Shown: piece by piece, positions 55,147 to 64,000 of the stretch
Layout of the letters: each line of letters begins with the position of its first letter
Position numbering within the stretch: the first letter of the stretch is position 1
From: the human T2T-CHM13v2.0 reference genome, Homo sapiens
NCBI RefSeq assembly: GCF_009914755.1
Contig: NC_060936.1
Strand: one strand, 5' to 3'
DNA length: 64,000 nt
Translations under genes and position numbers: made by a program
Notes under the pieces: generated by a model
The model's input: only the letters and a program-made list of their open reading frames with translations
Database searches by the model: none
What the model was told of the DNA's origin: nothing

Positions 55147-57543
55147 AAAAACCCAGTCCACATTTATATAGGATCCTGTTTTCCTCAAGTTACTACAAAT
55201 AAATATATAATCTTAATAAAAGGTTAGTGGCTTTGCCAAGATAGTGGCTTGGCTATGCAAATGCAATTTAAGACAAAGTTGGTAGCCCTCTTTTTCCTAA
55301 TACATTGCCATATCTGTTTCTCTTCTATTTGGAAATTCTTGTGTGTCTCTTGGCTTCGAATGGATCTTATAGTCCTTTTATTCTTCCATTTTTTAGTCAT
55401 AAAAAAACTGAAGGGTAGTGATTGGGTTATTTGCCCAAAGCAGATGGAAAGCAAAACTACCACTAGAAGCTCTTTACCAATTTGTGTTCCATTCAAAAAA
55501 TTATCTTTGTATGTCTTACATTTGTCTTCTACTGTATAGTTTTTCTTGTTCTATTTTACATATTAACTTTTCTCCTTCTTCAGACATCTGCCCTACTGGC
55601 TACTCTTGAAATCAGAGACTGTGTCATATTTTTCCTTCTATTCAACTACAACATCTAAAAGCAGATCTGTCATAGTTATTAACTTAATTGAACACTCTTA
55701 AATAGTTAGGTGTAATTTCCAATGCAGAAGCTATCAAAAGGGTTTGTAAATGCAAACTATTCCCTTTAAAATCTATCCTAATCCTCATTAATGTTTCATC
55801 TTGATAGAGCTAAGTATTATGTATTGAAATTGTAGAAGTACACTTCACTTGGATATCTCTGCAATCATTTAGGTAAGAATTATACAAAGCCAAAAAGCAA
55901 ATAAAATATCCTCCTAACCCTATAGATACGTATACTAAAATGATGCACTTGCAAATTTGTTTAATACTTCATTAATTTAAACAAGAGTAAATTCATACTG
56001 TGAACCAAGAATAGGGTGACTTACCCCAATCTTGCCACCTTAAACATAAACATTTTAAGTCTTCAATGTCCTACAGTGTACCTACTGGCTGTTGTCACTA
56101 ATCAGACCGAAATGGTACTAATGGTCACTGCAGGCTGAAGGAATATGCTTGAAAGATAGGCAGATCCTCTCCCTCTCCCTTTTTTACTTTTTTCGCCTTT
56201 CCATCCTTTCTTCTTTTTTTCCAATAGATTGTGCACTTTGGAGATTCATATTTTCTTCCTTTTCCATTACATTTTAAATATGTGATTCTTAGTCCTATGC
56301 TTCCTTTTACTCCAATCAATAACTGGCTCTATCAGAGGGTTGTTCTGTGTGTTAATTCGGTTAATACCAGGATTATCAAGCACAGTGCCTTCCAAATGTG
56401 AGATACTTCTCTCCGGTTACCTCTGGGTTTACTTTTCCTGTTTTACATTGTTTTGAGAGCCAGTACTTGTATTAAGAAGAAGTTTAGTGCCTGTGTCACA
56501 GAAAAAATCTTAGTAAATTTTGAAGTGATGTCAGAACAACTCTAAGCCACTGACGGATTCCACAGGGTTTTGAAAATACTCGTTAGTTCCCTTTATATCT
56601 TAAGAGGCTCCTGCCTGCTTTCTCATATACCAGTAACAAACTTGCTTTTCTTAAATATGAGCATTTAGAATATCTTTCTCAATTTTTCTGTTTTGCTTTT
56701 ATTCCAAATTTCACAACTATATTGTTTTCCAATGTAGTTGTACATACAATCAACCAAATCTTTCCTTAAATTGATGACTACCAGGTGAGGACTCTTTGGC
56801 AATAAGCAATAAGAAAATAAATTGTTATTAAAAATTACAGACTTAAGATACTTCTTTGGAAATATAACATGTTTGTGACTTTTGACCATCTCATCATGAT
56901 ATGCTCATCTTAAACAGAGTAGAAAATCATTTCATATAATTAACTTTATGGTGGGCTGCAGATACCATGTATGTTACATTGTGTTTAGTTATAAAAATGT
57001 TTATTATACACTATTTCCTTATAATCTAACTTTGATAATAATGATGGTCCTAATCATGAACTTACATCAATTAAGAGCTTGAAGTGACTGAGAGTATTTG
57101 CCTGGAAGCATTTAAAGCCCTTCTTGGGAAATTTAGATGTTTTATATTTTACTTTCTTTTTGATTTTGCTTTTTCCATTAAAGTGATTACTATTTTTAAA
57201 GAGAAAACCGAAAACTCTAGAAAGACCATCTTTTCTTCATAACAGGTAGCAGAAAACACCATGTTATTACATTTCTAGCAAGAGCAGTAGAGGTGACTTG
57301 TTGGTTTTGTGTACTGTTGCTTTAGAAATTGATGTAAGGCTTCCCATAAACGTGCCAGAGGAAAAGAGGGACGCAATGGGATCTGTTATTGAACATTTCA
57401 GAGGCAGACTCTTACCTTAAATAGGGACTCACTATACATTCATGTTTTCATAAGTATTGGGATCATGTTCTTACTTTCTATCAACCTGCTATTTTCATCT
57501 TTCAAGCTTAAGAGTAATAGGCTCTGTGTGTTTTGTTTTTCAG

Positions 57544-57732
57544 TGAGCCCAACAAATTTGTCTCAATTTAACCTTCCCGGGCCCAGCATGATGCGCTCAA
57601 ACAGCATCCCAGCCCAAGACTCTTCCTTCGATCTCTATGATGACTCCCAGCTTTGTGGGAGTGCCACTTCTCTGGAGGAAAGACCTCGTGCCATCAGTCA
57701 TTCGGGCTCATTCAGAGACAGCATGGAAGAAG
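57544..57732 (+). CDS. NAV3: NAV3 internal coding exon (189 nt, phase 1 to 1): (V)SPTNLSQFNLPGPSMMRSNSIPAQD...FRDSMEE
   Basis: Acceptor ttttgtttttcag|TG and donor GAAG|gtaagc. Matches ORF 57465..57743. Confidence 0.95.
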
Positions 57733-58574
57733 GTAAGCGTTGAGGGGGATTAAAGATGAAGTCACTTTATTTAAACCCTGAGAGGGAAACCATCGTGTCA
57801 CTCACATCACAAAGATTCCTGAAGAGGAAAATAAACTAGTGTAATTATCATTTGGGAAACTAGAAGCTTGAAGAAGTTTTATTCTGTATTATCTTCTATT
57901 TCTTTATGTATTTGGAAATATGCCAGAATTTGTTTATATTAATACTTGGCTGTAGAAGAGTTTAGACTAAATCTACTTTTCCAATACAGAAATATACATA
58001 TAAACTATTTTCCCAGGTGCATCAAATATCAGAGCAAATGTTTTGTTTGACATTTTGGTTAAAGAGCCATAAAGACACACAAACCAGAAACATTATTTTA
58101 TGAAAATACCACATGTTGCTGACTTTTATTCCCAGGAATTCCCTCTGGTGCTAATTTTTTATTATATCATTTTAGAATTCATATTGTACCTACTTTTTTG
58201 CTTTATAAGTCACTATTTCTTCATCCAATGGCAATAAAATTGTCACCTAACCTAATAAATATCTTTATAGTTATATAGTTCTATGTAAATACTCCAAATA
58301 AATCAGCTTGAAAACCTCAGGAAGCTGAGTTGATGCTCAAATATATATATTTTTGTAAACTGTAGAAGCTCAAATGTCAAATTTAACAATAATTTGAGAG
58401 ACTTTTCTCTTTGATTTAATGAATTTTTTTAGTATCCATAAAGAAAACTTACAGCATACATATTATAAAGCATGTCAGCTAAGGATAAAATAAAACTAGA
58501 CATACAAATTCAAACTGATTAGAATGAAATTATTAACCCTAATAATTATGTTTAAAAGAAAAGTCTCCAAATCT

Positions 58575-58710
58575 TGAGACATACCAGAGTTTAAGTCTTC
58601 AGCCATCCATTTACTTGTGGTATAAACTTAGGCAAGTTTCTTAACCTTCTTATCCCTAAGTTCTGCATCTGTAACTTCTTAGGTTTGTCACAAGGATGAA
58701 ATATGAGAAC
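58575..58710 (+). mobile_element. MIR fragment
   Basis: ttaggcaagtttcttaaccttct...agttctgcatctgtaa...tcacaaggatgaaat. Confidence 0.55.
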
Positions 58711-60648
58711 AAAGAATAATTCTGTTCCATGATCTTTTCCCTTCCTACCTTCTTATTTAAAGTATCTTCTGACTGAGGGGTTAGGCAGCAATGAAAATTG
58801 ACTCATGTTTTTCAGGTCACCACTATGGATTCAATATACTGGCATTAAATCAGTAGAGAATAGTTGTCATTGCCTTTTGCAATATTAACCAAACCACTCA
58901 GTTCACTGTGACAGACAGTGAATTATATCCAATGACTCCACTGATTTTTTCCATGTAGATAGACAAAATATAACTACTCTCAAATGTAAGGACCCTGCTT
59001 TCTGAAATGGTTCTGTTGCTCTCTTCACAGATAGGCTTCTTATAATACTTTTAAAATAATTTGCTAAGCATACAGATGGCTTTCTAGAGTGTGGCATTGA
59101 CAAATAAAGTGATTTTTATATACTGGGAAATTCTGGCCTTCAATGTATCAGGATTAAATAATCTGAATTTCTGAAAGCTAGCCTAAGTGGGCAAGATGGC
59201 TTTTTTGTGCTCACGCATTGAATACTGAACTATTCTAGTTCTTAAATGGCGATCTAGATTCAAGACTTATTGAACTAGATTGAAGGGACTTTATTGATAT
59301 CCTACCTAATGCTCACACTGACAGATGAAGAGACTGAGCCACATGTTCTAAGGTCATAAACAGAAAGAATGAGAATGAGATGGTCTAATTAATTGTCCAC
59401 CTTTCCTATGGTACATCAGGGTAACACTTTAGTTTACGAGGGTATTATTAGAGATAGAAAGAATTTTTTTTTAAATAATTGACTCAAATACCAACATTTT
59501 GCACATTACATAGAGTAATAGCTTTGCCCAAGTTAGAAAACTGGGGGTTCTTCTTTATTCCTCTTTTGACCACATCTATATACTCAGTTTTAAAAAGGTT
59601 CTTCCTGGTATCCTTCAATTCCATCCCCATGTTTTCATCTACAAGCCTAGTGCAGCTATTCCAGCCGTCTCCTGATCAGGTCTTAAGCACCTCCCATATG
59701 TCCTTGTAGTACCCACCATATTGATCTCAGTAGCAATCACAGTACTCTATTGTAAATATCTTTTAAATTATTATCTTCTCTTTGAGCTTTTGGGATTTTA
59801 TCTTATTTATTTTTGTAGTTCCAGGATCTAGCAACAGCTTGTCACATCGTTCATACTCAACTAATGTTTGTTTAATGCACAATGAGCAGAAATAAACATA
59901 CTACTCCATAGTAAAAAGAGGATGAACTTTTCTGCAAATATTAATCAGCACCATTTTATCCACCTTTTGGGTTTAGTACATTGGAAGTATAGGAGTATAA
60001 AGCAGAATGTCCAATGTTTACAGTGATATTTTGAAATAGATAAAAGCCAGTGCGACATTTCCATTCTCAATTTCTCTGAGACATCACCTTGAAAAAAAAA
60101 AGTATTTTTCTCTTCCTAAAATTAGTAAAGGAACAGTAATTCCACATTTATAAGAGTATGATCAACGCATCACAGATAATGTTGTAATAACACATTAGAT
60201 AAAAGTGCTTATTTTCCTGAAATTATATGGAGAAAAAAATCTGAAAGTGGACCTTTGTTGGATACAAATGAAATAAATAAGGTACATACATTTTTTAAGG
60301 TTCGAAAGTTTATGGCAACTTTAGTTTGGGTTTCCATGCTATTCTATTTATTATATGGGAATTTACTGTAGCTTTCAACATGTACGAAACAGGCTGGTAG
60401 GGCTCATGCTTGTAGGCTTCTGTCTAATAACTTGGCAACTGAGGTACTTTAGGGAGTATGGATGGGGCTCTTCCATGTCTCAACGTCCTGACTGCCAAAA
60501 AATTATAGCAGGCTGGTTCTCAGAATCTTATAGTTAGTTGTTATTACTTAATTTCCCTAACCACCCGTTCTTTACTTTTTCTGTAAAGGCTGGAATTTTT
60601 GAGTAGACCTTATTGTTTTAACTCTATTGTTCTGTTTGTTTTCTCCAG

Positions 60649-60701
60649 TTCATGGCTCTTCATTATCACTGGTGTCCAGCACTTCTTCTCTTTACTCTAC
60701 A
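60649..60701 (+). CDS. NAV3: NAV3 53-nt coding exon (phase 1 to 0): (V)HGSSLSLVSSTSSLYST; absent from the ORF track
   Basis: Strong acceptor tttgttttctccag|TT and donor ACA|gtaagt. In frame with the previous exon, with a navigator-family peptide. Confidence 0.92.
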
Positions 60702-61224
60702 GTAAGTAATGGCTGTTAAGAAAAAGCTTGTGCTTTTGCCATGCACACAGATGATGAAATAGATCATTTTACTGTGAACAGATCACATTCATCTATGACT
60801 TGCACAGGAGTTGTGTAGCAAAATAACGGCATACTCTAAGCTGCCCAATACCCAATAAAGTGCCAGGTGCTCCACCTGCCATTCTTTGGTCACTTACATG
60901 TGCTTTCACTTGGCTTTTGTGCACTCATCATAATCAATGAGTGGATGTAGAATTCGATTTCATAAAACCTACTGAGGTATGACTTGGAGTCTCTGAAACC
61001 ATGTATGTAGTCTGCTATACTATCATTTTAGTAATGACGAGTTGTCCATGTTTTGTTCTTTGAGCCGTGACTGTTAATTGTTCTATAGTATTTTCTTCTC
61101 ATTTTTTATTTTTAAGTTTATTGTTGAGAGGATTATCGAAGGGTAAAAGCAGTAAGGGTAAAGGGTAAAAGCATAAAAGAACCAGAGATGTTTTTTTTTA
61201 AATATACCTTTTGAAAGAGTGTGA

Positions 61225-61553
61225 TTTTTTTAACTTTTATTTTTATTTTATTTTATTTATTTATTTATTTATTTTTGAGTCGAGGTCTTGCTTTGTCACC
61301 CAGGCTGGAGTACAATGACACAATCATAGCTCACTGCAACCTTGAACTCCTGGGCTCAAGTTATCCTTCTGCCTCAGCCTGTCAAGCAGCTAGGACTACA
61401 GGCACGCACCACCATGCCCAGCTAATTTTTAAATTGTTTTAGAGACAAGGTCATTGCTATATTGACCAGACTGATCAATACCCATGGCTTCAAGCAATTC
61501 CTCCTGCTTTAGCCTCCCCAAGTGCTGGGATTACAGGTGTAAGCCAGCACACT
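61225..61553 (-). mobile_element. AluJ
   Basis: (TTTA)n tail, caatcatagctcactgcaaccttgaactcctgggctcaag. Confidence 0.88.
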
Positions 61554-62374
61554 TAGATAGAAACTTTATTTATTAAGAGAAAAATACCAGTGTTTCAAGT
61601 TCTTTTGCAAACGTGTGACATTATAATTCATTTTTGACAAGGAGAGTTTTTCTGTTTGGTAAATACAATTCTATCTTTTTTAAAAAAGTAGCCTACAGGA
61701 AGTTATATTTTATGAGTGAGTCTTTTTAGAGCTAGGTTAACAGTGAGGTATATTTAAAAGCAGCCTACTGAATCTCAATGGGACTTGAGTACTATGAATA
61801 AGCCTTAATCCTGTACTGTAAGGTTCATGAAGAGTTCATAGCCTCTGCTGTCACTGATCAACTGAGCATCATGGGCAGTATTTTTTTCACTCATTATCAT
61901 TAGGTTCAAATGTTTGTTTGAACCTTCTCTTTATAGATTAATCTCATATATTTACTGCCTTACATAGTCATTCAAAATCTGACTGTTATTGGCAGAAGTA
62001 ATATTTTTCTAATCTCTCCTTTCAATGATTAAAATTACCCATAGCTTCTAGAAATTAAGAAATCACGATTAGTTTTTAGGTAAATGTACTTTTTGTGCAA
62101 ATGGATAAAGTGAGGAATGTGTAAACACACATGAAAAAAACACATAAAAGAAATATATTAAGACTTAGTGTTCCTCCTGTTGGGCCAGCACTGCCATTTG
62201 TTGGGGAATTGTATTCTGATTTAAACCATTGCCATTTACATCTATGTGTAACATCAAAAGATGTAGCATCATTATTATTCTAAATACATACAATAATTAA
62301 TATTTGGATAAAGCTACCTTCATGAAACCTAAGAAAAACTAAATTAAAAAGAAAGAAAGAAAGAAAAATACACT

Positions 62375-62640
62375 TAGATAGAAGAAATAAGGTCTAGTGA
62401 TTGGTAGCACAATAGAGTGACTATAGTTAACAATAATTTATTGTACATTTCAAAATAGCTAGAAAAGAAGATTTGGAATGTTCCTAACAGGAAGAAATGA
62501 TATTCTTCCTAAATGAAGAATGGGATATTCCACTTTCCCAGATTTGATCGTTACACAGCATATGTTTGTATAATACCACATGCACCCCATAAATACATAC
62601 AACTATTGTGTATCCCAATATTAAAGATTTTTTTGAAAAA
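62375..62640 (+). mobile_element. L1MA 3'UTR fragment
   Basis: gtagcacaatagagtgactatagttaacaataatttattgtacatttcaaaatagctagaa...gcaccccataaatacatacaactat. Confidence 0.8.
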
Positions 62641-62695
62641 TTTATTCCTCAAGAAAAGGATCATGAGTTTAAGAAAAAACAGATTACTAGTCTAC

Positions 62696-62890
62696 CAGTG
62701 TCCAGTAGACCTTTCTGTGTTAATAAAAGTGTTCTGTATCTACACTATCTAATATAGTAACTATGAACCATATGTTGCCATTGATTATTTGAAGTATATC
62801 TGGCAAAGAGATGAATTGACTTTTTTATTTTAATTAATTTACATTGAAATAGCCACATGTGCCTAGCAGCTACTAGATTGGATAGTGCAA
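62696..62890. mobile_element. MER3/MER33-like hAT-Charlie element
   Basis: tgtccagtagacctttctgtg...aaatagccacatgtgcctagcagctactagattggatagtgca. Confidence 0.7.
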
Positions 62891-63024
62891 GTTTATAGAG
62901 AACACAAGGGGTACATTTGTAGATAGGAGTGGGATGTCAAAATGATGAGGATAATTAGAAAGCATACATGAGAAATATTGTTTTAAGAGTAGAATATGAA
63001 ATGGGAACACAGATTAAAATAGAG

Positions 63025-63115
63025 TATGTATATATATACATATATATGTGTATATATATACATATGTATGTGTATATATATACATATATATGTGTGTGTG
63101 TATATATATATATTT
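63025..63115. repeat. Compound (TA)n/(TG)n microsatellite
   Basis: Read directly from the sequence. Confidence 0.88.
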
Positions 63116-63713
63116 ATAGGCCAATATATGGAGGTAGGGTATATCCTAGTGTTAAGTGAGTAAAGAATGGATTAGGTGATCGAGCCACATGAGAAGGTGA
63201 TATTATTAGAAAATTGAAAGTTGTATTTGAGATGATGAAAATGATATATTTGAATTGAAAAGTAAACTGTAGTAAAATAATTCAAATAAATGAATATTTG
63301 GGGAACTACTTAAGAGAAAAATCATAAAACATGAGGAGTCATTCTTTCCCCAGTCCGCCATGATCAGGCCTTAGGATTTAATTGGCAATGAGAAAATACC
63401 TATGAAAATGCTTTTTAAACTATCACATGAAAAAGCAATTTATTATTTTTCATGCCTTCTTAATAACTCTCAATAGAGATTTAGTTGATTTGCATTTTTG
63501 CCTGGTTCAATCAAGAAATTATCGCGTGACATCAGGCAAGTTGCCAAATTTCTTTGGACTATACCTATAAAATAAAATTTGAAAATATTAGCTAGATCTA
63601 ACCCATTTGTCTCCGGATGTCTGCAAAGTGGTTGGAAATCACAAGCCTAACCTGATCTGCAGAGGTGTTACCTTTGGCAAACTTATGGTTTTTGTGTTTG
63701 TTTTGAAATCTAA

Positions 63714-64000
<287 letters not shown>

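Noticed and set aside
60372-60443. Possible 72-nt poison exon (tgtag|...GAG|gtactt) with an in-frame TAG
   Set aside because: Poor polypyrimidine tract and weak donor; AG/GT pairs like this are common by chance.

Overview
This is AT-rich human genomic DNA (it carries an AluYa5, a human-specific Alu subfamily), lying inside the Neuron navigator 3 (NAV3) gene on the + strand. Positions 1-37105 are the 3' part of one long, repeat-rich intron: THE1/MST/MLT MaLR LTR elements, nested L1s, L2/MIR, Alus and Tigger3. Eight internal coding exons follow (37106-37238, 38397-38667, 39607-40315, 42310-42798, 47530-47571, 49073-49233, 57544-57732, 60649-60701; 2047 nt in total). All have AG/GT boundaries and matching phases, and they splice into one open Ser/Gly/Lys-rich frame. 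A decayed processed pseudogene of PRXL2A (FAM213A/C10orf58) lies antisense in one intron. I see no evidence of a novel multi-gene system, CRISPR array or RNA gene. The most interesting smaller observations are: a long AT-rich palindrome between the first two exons; a sense-oriented THE1 solo LTR with intact DUX4-type site, TATA box and strong splice donor; a near-pristine AluYa5 forming a close inverted Alu pair; a 77-bp orphan copy of a THE1 junction; and a frame-preserving 42-nt exon. Gene and repeat family calls come from recognising the sequence, not from database searches, and the boundaries of old repeats are approximate.
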